The position numbers and the translations under genes were made by a program. This document shows, one piece after another, positions 39,466 to 53,735 of a stretch of 64,000 nt of DNA. Where the stretch lies: NCBI RefSeq assembly GCF_001194135.2, contig NC_068984.1, forward strand, positions 55,497,896 to 55,561,895, read 5' to 3'. Numbering within the stretch: position 1 is the stretch's first letter; each line of letters opens with the position of its first letter. The stretch is from Octopus bimaculoides. Taxonomy: Eukaryota. The notes beneath the pieces were generated by a model. The model worked only from the letters and a program-made list of their open reading frames with translations, had not been told where the DNA came from and did not search any database.

Positions 39466-40769
39466 ATCTGTGTACGTGTTATTTTGATACTTTATATGCA
39501 TTTACAATTATTTGAATGAGAATAGTATTCGTGCGTATATTTGTTAGTGTTTGTGTTTGAGTGTTTTCTGCCTCTCTTTCACCCTCATTCCCTCTCTTCC
39601 CTCTCTCACTCTCTCTCTCTCTCTTTATCTCTGTAGTGTTTGCTAAAAATATAGCTAGCACATCACCATAAAATATATAGACGTATAGCCGTCTAGCTCT
39701 TGACTTTGAAACAATTTATCTTGTGTTATAATTCACATCGATGTTACACATGAAGTCAAATGAAACGAAGATGGAGTCTCGCTAAAACAACTAGATCAAT
39801 ATCAAAATTATCACAATTTCTTAACTACGAAAGACGGATTACAAGACAACGGGAAACGCGCACAGTAAAAATAAAAATAAAAAAGGCTGAGTAATGATAA
39901 TGATAATGCGAATCAGTATGTAAGGGAAAAATAGATATTTGAAAAAACAAAAGTGCTACAAAGTGAAGAGTTGAATGTTGATTCAGCTGTCATTAACTAT
40001 TATTCAGATGTCTACGTTTTCCGGGTGTTTAAATCGTCTTTACACGAATATGTTGGATGTAGACACTTGCATATTTATGAACGTAACAAAAGATACACAA
40101 AATCACTTTGTTATTACATAGTAAATGTCAATTTTGATCTGGTGCAGCTGCAGTCTTCCAAGCCTAGAAACGGAAACAAGAATCATAATAATTCCTAAGT
40201 TTCGTGTTGCAATAAAGTTTACATCCTCATGTTAATTCCTTTATAATATTACTGTCTAAAGAAGAGTATATTCTGCGGATTAAATCGCTGGTGCTTAGGA
40301 CAAATTAGGAGAACTCAAATTATGTATTTATGATAACGATTTGAAAATAAATTGCAACAATAATTCAGACAGATAAGAACTTCTCTTTAATAAAGTATGT
40401 TAAAATATGGTTTGTTTATTAAATTTGAGCAGCAGAGTGTCAGGATACATAAAATACTTGATGTTTCTATGCATCACCTTTTACGAAGATTTATCATGAT
40501 TTCTTAGTGTATATTCTTTCAAAAATACAAAAATTAAAACATCATGGCTTTGTCAAGAACCAGTCAGATACGAGAAATATTAAAGATATTTATAATTTAT
40601 AATTTATTTCATGAACCGTTTAATATGATCAAACTTTTATAACTCAAATCTAAAGTGACAAATCTATGATCAAAATGTTTCGAACGTTATCACCTCATTC
40701 TTTTCCATACCAGAAACCACAGTGTGATTTGACTTAGATTTTTCCATTTATCTATAGGAGGTCGAGTAA

Positions 40770-40935
40770 CTACGTTGTGACTGCTTTCAGTCTATTTTTA
40801 TATCTCTGTGTTCTGATTTCAAATCCCAATTGAGATCATCCTAATAATTCATTTCTTCGTAGTTGATAAAATAACTACAGCTAAGTGCTGAAATCGATTA
40901 AATCGATTATACGTCTCCCTTAAAATGTGTGATGC
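40770..40935 (+). mobile_element. Very degenerate family A SINE
   Basis: GTTCTGATTTCAAATCCC ... GTTGATAAAATAACTAC ... ATCGATTAAATCGAT. Confidence 0.35.
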
Positions 40936-41298
40936 GTGCCAATACATGTGATCAATTCATTAAACAGAGTATGACATCAAGTGCAGGTAAGCTAGCAGTA
41001 AACGACCTTCAAGTCGATAAGTAGTTTCAGTTTCAATTCCAGTAAAAGACATTCCAGTTCATATATTCTATATTGTTAATGACGCTAAGAAAATTATGAA
41101 TATCGCAAGAGGTTGGGATTATTAACAAAGATATCTTTGGAACTAATATCAACATTGTATGTCTTTCTTAGTAGTATTTATGCTATAACTAAACGGTTTA
41201 TCAGACCTGTCATCCGAAACCTACTCTCAGATTTACCTCATTATCAACTAGGAACAATATCAATTCTCTTCATTCAATTTCTAGAGGAATATATTAGT

Positions 41299-41481
41299 TT
41301 CTAATTTTAGCACAAAGCCAGCAATTTTGTGTGAGGAGCTAGTCTATTACATCGACCCCAGTGCTTAACTTGTACTTATTTTATCGATTTTATTGACATT
41401 TATCGAGAGGATGAAAGGCAAAGTAAACTTCGACGGAATTAGAACTCAGAACGTAAAGCCGGAGAAATGCCGTTAAGCATA
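41299..41481 (-). mobile_element. Family A SINE, 5' truncated
   Basis: ACATCGACCCCAGTGC ... GGATGAAAGGCAAAG ... AACTCAGAACGTAAAG ... CCGTTAAGCAT. Confidence 0.75.
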
Positions 41482-41897
41482 TTAGCACTTGGGGATATAG
41501 CTGCATGCTAATGGATTTCGCATCCCGGCCACGTGGTTTTGCATTGAATCCTCGTGCATTAAACCTTCAGTGGTATCTTCCAACATAACCTCTGTTAGAA
41601 TAATGCCATATGGAAAAACATCGGAAACAGCGCATATGTCATTTGCAATTATGTATGCATGTATGTTCTCTTCTTAATTATTTCAATTCTTATTACGAGA
41701 AAGTGGTTGAGCAAAATTCAACTTCTGGAATTTAGGTAACAACACATTTATTTTAAGTATTCCGCTTCCAGATAATGTGAAGTGCCTGATAGATGGTTGT
41801 TATTTTTATTTTCCAAAAGGGTATTAGCTTTCAGAGGCTGGTATTCAAACATTTACAAATATTAGCCAAGTGCATCAATATAATTTTGCATGTGCGT

Positions 41898-41939
<42 letters not shown>

Positions 41940-42427
41940 NNNNNNNNNNNNNNNNNNNNNNNNNNNNNNNNNNNNNNNNNNNNNNNNNNNNNNNNNNNNN
42001 NNNNNNNNNNNNNNNNNNNNNNNNNNNNNNNNNNNNNNNNNNNNNNNNNNNNNNNNNNNNNNNNNNNNNNNNNNNNNNNNNNNNNNNNNNNNNNNNNNNN
42101 NNNNNNNNNNNNNNNNNNNNNNNNNNNNNNNNNNNNNNNNNNNNNNNNNNNNNNNNNNNNNNNNNNNNNNNNNNNNNNNNNNNNNNNNNNNNNNNNNNNN
42201 NNNNNNNNNNNNNNNNNNNNNNNNNNNNNNNNNNNNNNNNNNNNNNNNNNNNNNNNNNNNNNNNNNNNNNNNNNNNNNNNNNNNNNNNNNNNNNNNNNNN
42301 NNNNNNNNNNNNNNNNNNNNNNNNNNNNNNNNNNNNNNNNNNNNNNNNNNNNNNNNNNNNNNNNNNNNNNNNNNNNNNNNNNNNNNNNNNNNNNNNNNNN
42401 NNNNNNNNNNNNNNNNNNNNNNNNNNN

Positions 42428-42469
<42 letters not shown>

Positions 42470-42853
42470 GTGTGCGTGTGTGTGTATCGGTGTTGGATGT
42501 AAAAATTGGCGAGAAAACCAAAATATCGATGTCTTACAAATGACACATCTTGAAATGTATTTTATTCACCGGGTTAGACACTTGCTTGTCACTCTCGATA
42601 TCAGATCACAATGGATCACCAATTCCTAGTTCGAGTACCGCTAAGCAACGGCGATTCCCTACACCAAATGCGGTACACATAAATGACAAATTCAAACCCT
42701 AAAATCATATAACCCAAGTATTAAAACTTACTAGCATATTCGGCTTTCCATCATGTGACTCCTACTCAGTAGTATTTTCCACTAAACAAGATATATCACT
42801 TTGAAAATGAAAGCTGTTAATGTAATATCTGATGGATATTAAAAGACAGTGAA

Positions 42854-43172
42854 AGCGTGTGTCTTAGTGGTTAGGGTATTCGACTAATAATCGTAAGATC
42901 ATGAGTTCAATTTCAAGCGACGCATTATGTTCTTGAGCAAGATACTTCATTTCTCGTTGCTCCAGTCCACTCAAGTAGTATAAATGAGATGCGCCTGTTT
43001 CATGGGTCAGCCTTGTCTCATTCTGTATCACGTTGAATCTCTCTGAGAACTACCTCAATGGTACAGGTGTCTTTGAGTACTCAGTCACCTGCACGTTAAT
43101 TTCACGAGCAGACTGTCCCGCTGATCGGATCAACTGGAACCCTCGTCGTTATAACCGACGGAGAGCCAGTTT
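42854..43172 (+). mobile_element. Full-length CORE-type SINE, family B
   Basis: TTAGTGGTTAGGGTATTCG (A-box), GAGTTCAATTTC (B-box), CORE TTCTTGAGCAAGATACTTCATTTCTCGTTGCTCCAGTCCACTCA, tail GGATCAACTGGAACCCTCGTCGTTATAACCGACGGAGAGCCA. Confidence 0.85.
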
Positions 43173-45069
43173 TGTCTTTATTAAAGGACAGTCTCGTTTG
43201 TAGACAACTTTGCTATCTATGCTTTATATGAAAGATTGAGTTAAAGAATTCTAACATATTCTTATCATAATAATGGAAACCTATATTTTAAACATTTTTA
43301 AAGTTCTTTGTATTTTCTTCATGGATCTCATATTATCGTATAAAACAGACAGTCAATGACCAGCGCACCTGCAATAGTACGAAATTAATGGAAACAATTT
43401 TCACGAAAATTAACCTAACAGACTATGTTTTTCTATATAAATTACACAGAAATTTGTAAATGATTCAGTGTAAGTATATTTCTCATTTTGGTGTATTGTT
43501 GTATAGAGTTATACAGATAGTACGCTGCTGTACTACAGTCAAAATATACAATATTCCTTCTTGAAATTTGATGTCGTGTATATAATTTCTATGTGTAGTC
43601 TCAATTTGCCCGAACTCTTTATATAACATTATCTACTGCTGGTAATACATTCGGGCAAATTTTGAAGATGATCACTTGAAAACATGAGAAATGGATGATC
43701 ATCAGTTTTTATCCTATAACAACTTTAATGTTCTCTTAATTACTCTAAAAAGTACAGAGTCACCAAGGTTTAGACAGGAAACCTTATACACTAAATAAGA
43801 AATATTCAAAATGCTTTAAATCTTGAAACAGTCATTATGATCAGTTAAGGACACAAAATCTGTTAAATTCATTTTTTGTTTATTTCATAATTCATTGTAC
43901 GATTGGGAAACAAATAAACGTGAATATAACAGTTTTTGTATCTTCTGAATTAGTTATAATGACACTCACGCTAAAGTTACTTCAGGTTCAACAACCAGCT
44001 GCAAATCAAACTATTTGCCAAGCAAATAAATCTCAGAAATTTAAGCCAAAGCGATTCTTTAAATCATTGGTGTAACACGCATATAGTAACACACACTCTT
44101 TTTTTTATTTATTCTTAACCAGATATCTAATATAAGCAAATTCATTTCGGTTAGAAATAAGCCATTTCTTTCATTTAGCGTGATACTGTTGAAACTACTT
44201 CTCCATATATGTTTAATAATCAAACAGACGGCTAGTACGGGTTCAATCACATTACTACGTCGTCATAACTCATAAAGTTTGTTTTGAAGGAAGACAAACG
44301 TATTTACACATTTACCTTCGACTAACTCAAACCCAATCGTTTTGTTCATTGAATTATGGTAAGTCGTTATAGCTTAGTCCTTTTGTCGGCTCTAACCAAA
44401 TCGCTTCATGGTAATGCTCTCTAATCGTGTTCATCTCTTTATTTTCCACTATACCTTCTTTAAGATGGTAGTACGTGATTTGAAAGAAATTTTGATTTTA
44501 GCTTTATTAAGTCGAACAACCTAGTGAAAGTAATATCTCGCGTTCTTATTGGTTCTTATTGTTCCGTCGGCGTTACAAGGCTGCCACTGTAGCAGTTGTG
44601 TTCTCTGCAGTTTCTGCTACTACTGCTTACTTCTTATATATCTTCATTCAGTTCTACATCAGATATCTTAATAGATCATCCAAAGACCACAAGCCAATTT
44701 TCGTATTCGTAAATTAATGTAGAAAAACCGTATAAAACACCACCCAGGGTTTAGTTGTAATTTCCATAGCATTTTCTATAGCATATCCTCAAAAATTCTC
44801 TCTGAAATCGCGTTCTTCTGTGTACCGAGTACAGACAATCTTAATAATATCCGTGTGAAAAGGGTGAGCTCAAAGAATATTATGCTAACTGTGATGGAGT
44901 TATGCTAGAGATGTGAATCTTGTATGCATTAATTTCATCATAATTAATAACATCATCGTTTCTAAACTGATATCTGTCTGACTCTTCAAAGAAAACTTTA
45001 GAAGTAACTAATAACGACTTCTCTTGAAAATCAACAAAATTTGGCATCGAAATGTTATCAAGTACCTTC

Positions 45070-45657
45070 ACACAATCCATACAGTGAGAACACCCTGACT
45101 CACCTGCTCCAAAGAAGGCCAAGCTCGATTCATCTGCAGGGAAGTGGATGGCCTCAGTTTTTTGGGATGCAAAAGTTTATAGAATATCTTCGGAAGATAG
45201 ACTGGAGTGTACTGTTCCAACTTACTGAAGCAATTACAGAAGGCTGTCGAGACTAATCTCCTAGAAAAACTAACCAAAGTAGACTTGTTTCATCGGGACG
45301 ATGCTTCAGCATTCAAGTCCTTGGTTTCAATGACTGCTGTGAGTGACTGTGGCATTGAACTGGTTGATCACCCTTCCTATTCTCCTGATTTGGACCCCTC
45401 TGACTATCATCTGTTCTCCAACATAAAATACAATTGGCTGGGAAAAAGTATCACAGTGATGATGACGTCATGTCTGCTGTTGATGTCTTTCTGGCCAACA
45501 GGATGAAAGCTTCTTCACCATTGGAATCTATCACTGTAACACTGATGGAAGAAATGTGTGGACCGCAAGAAGGACTATGTTGAAAACGAAACCGCATTTG
45601 TTCAAATTCCATGAAAGCATTTTGGTCATCCTTTGAACTTTTCAGTCGACCCTCGTA
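45070..45657 (+). mobile_element. Mariner transposon, 3' half with right TIR
   Basis: SPAPKKAK..SAGKWMASVFWDAK, HRDDAS, HPSYSPDLDPSDYHLFS (D,D34D region). The right end TGAACTTTTCAGTCGACCCTCG is followed by TA at 45656-45657. Confidence 0.9.
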
Positions 45658-46539
45658 GATACGAGTCAAGAAATTTAACAGCGCAGCAACAAATAACACT
45701 TGTCTTGCAATCTGTTAGCTTTATGTAAGGAATAGATTGACAATAGCAAAATAATAATTTTCAGAATTTTGCAGAAACTGGTCTTAGAGATCTTTTCTCT
45801 GATCCACTAAGTAATTTAACATTGACATTACTAACACATCTATTAATTGCTAATTAGAATTACAGAACAGTTTTGACATAGAATTCAATACCTTATTTGT
45901 ATGCTTCAAATATCTGACGTTTAATTCCTCCTGGTTTATTGAGATTGGTGAGTAAATGTTATACAGTTCTGATATAGTTGTATTTATTCCAATGGTGGTA
46001 TCTACTTTTATTGGATTAAGGTCAGTAATACTTCAGTAGAAAATATTTCTGATCACTGAAGACCTCAAGTAATTGGAAATAGTTTATAACAAAGAAGAAA
46101 GGATTAATTTACTAATCGTACTTGTGATAATCATGATACATGACTTTTTAAAGACGCATCTACATCAGGTATTTTGTTAATGAAATACCTTTTCAGTAGA
46201 TTCTATTAAATGACAACCCTTTTTTTATATTTTGAGAAATCTTAAACAAGTTTTCTAACAAAATTAAAAATTCATTTTGGGAAGTAAATTAACATCTAAA
46301 TTAACACATCCATTAATTGATAATTAAAATTACAGGACATTTTTTACATTGAACCCAACCACTTATTTACGTTTCAAACATTTGACGTTTATTTTACTTA
46401 TATCATTGCTATCACCTTTATGGCATTTCAACTCGGAACATAAATAGACAAGTAAATCGGAGTGCAGTTTGCACTGGCTCTTCCATCTGCGATGATGATA
46501 GTAATAATAATATTAAAAAATTATAATTGCTATCACCCT

Positions 46540-46680
46540 CGATAGAATAGCCAGTGGATGGCAGGCAAACTGCCCTATAATATTCTCGCTTCTTATTCGG
46601 AGTTTGAATGCCACAGAAACCGATCTTGCCTTTCATCTTTCAGAATTCGATAAAATAGACTCATTCAAGTATTTGAATCT
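46540..46680 (+). mobile_element. Degenerate family A SINE fragment
   Basis: GATCTTGCCTTTCATCTTTCAGAATTCGATAAAAT central domain. Confidence 0.4.
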
Positions 46681-48855
46681 ATTTAAGGTTCTTTCTTCCA
46701 AAAATATGTAGTAGGTTTATTTTTCCCTTTGTCAGAAAAAAATTATAATTGTTATAACTAAAGGGAGTGGGAGTGGAAATGATTTAGAATACCCCATTTT
46801 ACATTCCTCCAGAGGCGGCTTGGTAGTTAATTCTTTTAGGCTTCTTAAAGCAAGTCAGGCAAGGGTTGGATGAGATGGTAACATTTTCTAAATACTCCCT
46901 CTAAATTTAAAGATTTGCGAACGAGGCATGCAGCCCTATTGCGTCACAATGTACCTGAGATATGTAAATGCTGGTATTTCTCTATACTAAAGTTACCCCG
47001 CAGATACAATGCTAAAAACTAGTACATATAATTCATTCTGCTTTAGTCTGTATCATATATTTGTTTCTTAATATCCTTTGGAATTTAATATAATTATTAC
47101 ATTTAGTATATGAAGCGCAAAACGTTCTTCATTCTCTGTCACGGTAAACATCCAAAGAAAGTTAATACGATTACTCTGTATGTTTCAATTGTCTGAATAC
47201 GTGACTAAATTGGTTGTGTGTGATAAAGGCATATATATAACTATATGTATATAGATAGTGTTTTTCTGGAGACATATATAATTATACATTTTCGCCGTTG
47301 AGCACATATGTATACGTATCTATGCATAACAGTGGAGGTGTCTGTGATCAAACATAATTGTATTTTAAACACCGTTCTACATGGTGAGACTGTATATGAG
47401 TTAGAATATGTGACTGCTTAAAAGCGAACTATTCAATATCAGTTGAAACAATGTATCACTGATGGCAATATAACAAGACATTAAAGTAGAAAAATCATCA
47501 AAAGAGCAATTCTATTATGAAAATAAAATAGATGAGACGTGGATTGAAGAAAATATCTTACACAGACTTCATTAAATGGACATGAATAGAATAAATTTAT
47601 CCTTGAAGGTGTATCAGAAATAAGTCTTCCAATGGCAAACGTCTCAATATACAACTTCCTGGATCACTTTTTTCACTTATGGAATGTGTTTACAAATTAC
47701 AATGTAACAAAATTCTAATTCGGTAATTTATTTAAAGAGCTATTAGGACAAACTATTCTGTCATAAATGTCTCTAGTTCAACTGCAAACAGTTTTACTCT
47801 TCCTACACATGTACTGCACTGACGAAAGCGAATTCAATTTTTTAATCATTAAAGCTGTTAGCAGATAAATACAATCTTTCCTCCGTCTATGTGGAGGTGT
47901 TAGGCTATTTTTAAGACTGACAAAGAATTTTAATACAAAATTGTTTACGTGATATTTTATTGATGTAAATCGAGAGTTGCAATTGTGATAGTGATACGAA
48001 ATTATCTCTATGGCTGATGCATGAAACTAAAATCGGATGTGTTTATTACTGAAAGTTCAGTAAACAAATATTTAATGAGTAGCCTTTTTAAATATGAATA
48101 CTTATGTGCACACATGCGTACATGTACGAATATACACACATACGCTCGAGTACACGTGCACACATATATTCATATATACGAATATACTTAAATACAGAGA
48201 TTTATATTTATGTATCTATATGTGTGTCTATAGATATTTATATTTTTATCAAATATTTATTTATGTAAAAGGTTTTTATTATCAGCTCTTTTTATTTGTT
48301 ATAATATTAAATACATGTACACAACAATACATTCATGCATATATTTACAATAACGCTTATATACACTCATATAAATATATTTACAAAAGCGCTTATATTT
48401 TATATATTTATGTAGCTGTTTATATTTATGATCATAATGTTTCAAATACTTTTTGTGTGTTTAAAAAGTCCTTATCAGTTTTTTTTCTTGCAGAATATTT
48501 CAGATTTGAAATTTAAAATAATGTACAAGGCGAAAAATACAGTGGGGAAAAGTGAGGAAACAGAAACAATGTGTTTAATATCCTAATGATCAAACTTACT
48601 TTAAAATTCAATTACACCGCATACATCTAATAAACTCTGTCATATGTACTTCAGTGTGTTGCTTCATATTTCTTGTAGCCTTCAATCATGTTCAATTAAG
48701 TTATAATGAAGATAATGTAAATATATATGTATAGGTGTGTGTGTGTGTGTGCGTTTATATGCATGTATATAACATTTATATACATATATGTGTGTGTGTA
48801 CGTGTGTATGAGCGTGTGTGCGTGTGTATCTGTACATGTCTGTGTGTGTTTTGCG

Positions 48856-48902
<47 letters not shown>

Positions 48903-49074
48903 TTATATGCATGTATATAACATTTATNNNNNNNNNNNNNNNNNNNNNNNNNNNNNNNNNNNNNNNNNNNNNNNNNNNNNNNNNNNNNNNNNNNNNNNNN
49001 NNNNNNNNNNNNNNNNNNNNNNNNNNNNNNNNNNNNNNNNNNNNNNNNNNNNNNNNNNNNNNNNNNNNNNNNNN

Positions 49075-49134
<60 letters not shown>

Positions 49135-49569
49135 TGTAAGCGAATCTCTGTCAATCCCTCCTTCTACCCTGCCCTATCGAATTCCTCTCAAACTACCCCG
49201 TACTTGACAACAGGTTACGGCCTGCTGGAAATTTCAGCTAAATTTCCTACGAGTCACACGCTTGTATAGTCAATAATGACTATACATTAGACAATATAGG
49301 TCGTGCGCTCTATCAAAATGCGAGAGTCACGACTGGAACGCCTTTTGCTATATGCTTGCTTGAAGATGGCAGATTTGGGGACAAACAACACCAAGCATGT
49401 TATGCTACCAGCCCATAAAGGAAAGTTTCTGACTTGTCACTCAACTAACTAGAGATCGCAAGCAAAATCCTAGCTATCCCTTCATTTCGTCTTAAATGAA
49501 AGGAAACAACGAACAATGTAGCAATGAGAATGTAAGCGTGTGTGTGTCTCTCTTATACAGATAACATTG

Positions 49570-49605
<36 letters not shown>

Positions 49606-49627
49606 AACACAAATACACACACACAAC

Positions 49628-49658
<31 letters not shown>

Positions 49659-49661
49659 TTT

Positions 49662-49860
49662 GTGGAGATGCGTACTTTAGTGGTTACGTTGTTGATGTCT
49701 TGATCGTAAGATTGGTTTAGATCCTTGACCGGGCGATGCGTCGTGGCCTTGAGCAAAACACTTCTTTACATGTTGCTCCATTCAGCTGGTAAAAATAAAT
49801 AATCCTGCGACAGACAGGCACCGCGACCAATTTGGGAAATATGTACACCTCAAAATCCTA
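49662..49860 (+). mobile_element. CORE-type SINE with a CCTGCGACAGAC-type tail
   Basis: TTAGTGGTTACG head, GGCCTTGAGCAAAACACTTCTTTACATGTTGCTCC CORE; the tail differs from family B. Confidence 0.6.
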
Positions 49861-49925
49861 GTCGCGCCAACAGCCTTTTGATCTTTTTTGATATACATAC
49901 AAACATATATGTACATACACACACA

Positions 49926-49979
<54 letters not shown>

Positions 49980-50989
49980 TTACGCATAAACCCGGGGAAA
50001 ACCAGCAGAAGGCGCTAAGTAATTCTTAACTGATTCGCAAAACCCACTTTTTATATGCACATTTGATTTCGTCTACATTTTTCTCCATGTAAATGTATTT
50101 TGTAAGTTTAAATATTCAACATTTTTGTCTTGCAAGAAAAATAAATTTAATTTTATACTCACTGGAAAAATACTAAAATTAGAGTGGAATTGGCAAAAAT
50201 GTTTCGAACTTCTATAAATTTTTGTGCGCGGAATTTCCAGTAGAAATTGATGGCTTTCATTATTTTTGATACCTTCTTTTACTTCTGAAAATTCATTTTA
50301 AAATGAAATTAGTAATTGGATTTTCTCATCTTTGAGGTGTTTTACTGTGTATTCCAATCAATATCACTATCACTTTAATACACACCATCAAAGTAATAGT
50401 ACTATGAAGGCTGTCTTTGATATTTAAATTGAACCAAAAACAATAGAAGAAACATTTAGATAATGCTCTCTTCTTGAAATGGTTTATTTAAACTTTTAAA
50501 TAATTTACAATAAATCCTACCAGCAAAGGAAGTTGTTGAGAAAAGAAGACAAGATTCAGTAATTCTATCATATCTAAACTGGTATCAGATATGGCATTTG
50601 ATTTTAACAGCTTGAGTTATTTGTGTCTCTCAAATTTTCTAACGAATATAGCTTCTTTTCCCCAAAACTACAATTTATCTTACCATATATCATTTTGTCG
50701 AAGAGGCCTCAGTATTGATATCAGGATTATGCTGACGGTTAGACGACTATTTATTTGCTGTTGCTTGTCTTTTTTGTTTTGTTTTTTGAAATTTTTGCTT
50801 ATCGTTGTGAATTATTCTGTGAGGTAAAATATTGTGAGTAGCGTTTCAGTGATCGTAATTAATACTTATTCGGTTGTCAAGTGTGAAATTTTCAAAAGAT
50901 TGAATAAAAAAATACATAGTAAATTAATTTGCAAGATATACGTATTCAAGAAAGAAGACTAAATAAATATATATCATTCTAAAGCTTTA

Positions 50990-51230
50990 AGTTGTGCGGC
51001 TTACTGGTTAAGGCATTGGACTCGCGATTGTAAGATTGTAGGTTCAATAACGATTTGTTTTCTTGAACAAAGCGCTACAATTTGTTTGTCGTTCCAGTCA
51101 ACTCAACTGAAACAAGGATTAGTAGCAGTTGGGTGATAACTCCACGGTGAACTCACGTCTCATCCAGAGGAATGGGCGCAATATCGGTCATTTATACAAC
51201 CTGTGACCAGGAATAACCTCCAGCCTCATG
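50990..51230 (+). mobile_element. Degenerate CORE-type SINE
   Basis: GGTTAAGGCATTGGACTCGCG..GTAGGTTCAAT head, TTCTTGAACAAAGCG, GTTCCAGTCAACTCAACTG. Confidence 0.5.
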
Positions 51231-53518
51231 AATGTGTAGCCTTCAGAGAGTCAGTTCCTGAAGAGTCGTAGATGAGGTTCTATCCTTAAGATCATAGCTC
51301 ATAATAGATGAAGTTATTTTCTGACATACACATATCCAAAGCTATGAAAAAGGGGTAATTTATGTTTCTGTGAGCAATACCGTTTTGTATATTTCTAAAA
51401 TAATCCAATATATAATTTGAAAATGTCCACCAAATAACATGATAAGAAATTGCTACAATTCTTTTAACATATTTGTTATTCTTTCTGACCAAATTTCGAT
51501 TAAGTTAGCAAAATCATTGTTAGATTTATTATAACGGATTTGCGTTTCTCACTAATTATAGACATAGTAGTGAATAACACCAACAAATCAGCCTACTATT
51601 AGGAATCGTATACGAATGAATTGAAATTCAATAATCTAGTTTATTTTGTATGATGCATTGATGTTTTGACTACCGCACACCTCTTTCATACGAGCGAAAT
51701 CTAAATTTAATAATAAAATAATTCAAAAAAAAAAATCTCTTTAAATTTTAAACACGGAAACAATAGGCAGAAACAATAATTCCAGCGCAATATATTGGCT
51801 ATTTCAAATATGTTATTATCTATTGTTTAGATTTCATAAATGTACACGCTATAAAACGCATATACAAGAAGAAACGGTAAATGGAAAACATTTATTTTCA
51901 TAACCCTATTGAATCTGATCACTACGAGAAACAAATCTATCAAATATATTTTTTTTATTAGAGTTAGCTATTTTTCTGTATGAAACTCGAAAGAAATAAC
52001 GCAGAAAATTTTAGGCCTTCTGAAATAACACAATGAGCTATAAGAAAACATTTACCGAATCAATGTAAATTCGTTTTTAGATATTATTTCTTTTATATCA
52101 GGAACTGAATAAAGACGTTAAAAACTGCAACACCTAATTTTTCTTTAATTTCATGTATTCCCGAGCATGCTGTCTAAAATATAACTCTAATTAAATGTGC
52201 GTGTTTACGTGACCTTTAGAATTTATTCAAAAATTATTTCTCATTTATTTCAATTATTACGCTAATAAAATAAATGGAAATGCATCCCACGCTATACAAG
52301 AAATCATGCTGCTGCTTGTACGTACAGAACATTCAAACTAATTACGTCTAGTGCTTTCAAAATAAATTTTTTTTTTCTTGGCTCTTTGAAATATCTACAC
52401 TGTATGAACAATATCTGAATTTTATTAAATAATTAAATGAACATTGTTAAATGTACTGCTCGAAAATCATCTCAGTGCTCTTCACAATAATACATGGCTA
52501 ATTTAACTGCTTGTTTTAATGATAATGTTCTCAACAGTATACTGACATCGACAACTGAGAATTTACTGATACGTAATGGCAGGCAATGTTTCATATTTGC
52601 GTTGTTTAGTAACAAAATAGAATAAGATCAATAAAAACGTCACTCTGTTTTTAATAGACTCCAAACTAAGATGTTTCGAAGAACACGGATACAATGAATT
52701 TAATATATACAGCAACTACGTGTTTCAACTAACAACTTACATATAAATATCCAATACAATTCGAAGTATTATTTAAATATGTTATCAGATGAATATTGGT
52801 CTTACTTTCATTCATTTCGTTCAAGACATTATTTTTCAAGACTATAGAGTACCAGTTGATATTGAAATATATTACACACATGCGCTAACATGTGTGCATG
52901 TGCTTGTGTGTGTGTGTGTGTGTGTTTGTGTGTTTGTGTGTATGTATGTGTGTGCGTGTGCATCTGTGTGTGTGTGTGTGTGTTGTGTGTGTGCGTGTGC
53001 AATTCTACATTTAATTTATTTATATAAACAATCAGTTTCTGGAATACGAAACACTTTCAAGAATTTTAAAAATTCAAAAGAGTAGATATTTCTGGAACGG
53101 ATGTGAAAGAATATATTTGCAATTTAGTTTCTTTTTTTTTTAAACTAAATTTACACTGAATACAATAATATAAATGAATAGGTGTAATTAGAATGAAGAT
53201 AGGTCATTAACACATAATAGCAATACTAAATTACTATCAATAGTTTCATTGATAGGATGGTATGTTATTGAGAATCAGAAGAAAAATTTGCTGAACCAAA
53301 TCTAATATAGTCTTTCAAAAACCCAGTAACAGTTGTGGTGTAAATTCGTGAAATCACTTCTAAAAACATGAAACTCATTTTTATCATTTATTTAATTACT
53401 GCATTTGTTGCATGTATTGAGGAATAGTTTTCAATGAGTATTGAGCATTATAGTTGTCCCAAGACCTGGTTTTTTTCTTTGACAGGTTTCAGTGTTTGGC
53501 CGTTTCGCTTACCCATTT

Positions 53519-53735
53519 GGCGGATGGTGGAAATATTTAGCGCCCCAGAGGAAACTGCTTGCGATATTTGTTTCAGATCATAATAATCTGAGATCAGATC
53601 CAGCTGAGGTCAAATTAATATCTCAATCCCTTTGGGGTCGATAAAATAAACTACTGGTCAAGAATTATGGTCGATATTATTGACTAATACCTAACCTCGA
53701 AATTGCTAGCATTTTGACTAAATTTGAAGCAATTC
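53519..53735 (+). mobile_element. Degenerate family A SINE
   Basis: CCCTTTGGGGTCGATAAAATAAACTACTGG ... GGTCGATATTATTGACT. Confidence 0.55.

Noticed and set aside
42854-42925. tRNA-like sequences with A and B boxes (also 62260-62332)
   Set aside because: They are SINE heads: no complete cloverleaf, and they continue into SINE bodies.
48726-48927. Direct repeat of GCGTTTATATGCATGTATATAACATTTAT ending at a gap
   Set aside because: It is embedded in (GT)n next to a gap; most likely local slippage or an assembly overlap.
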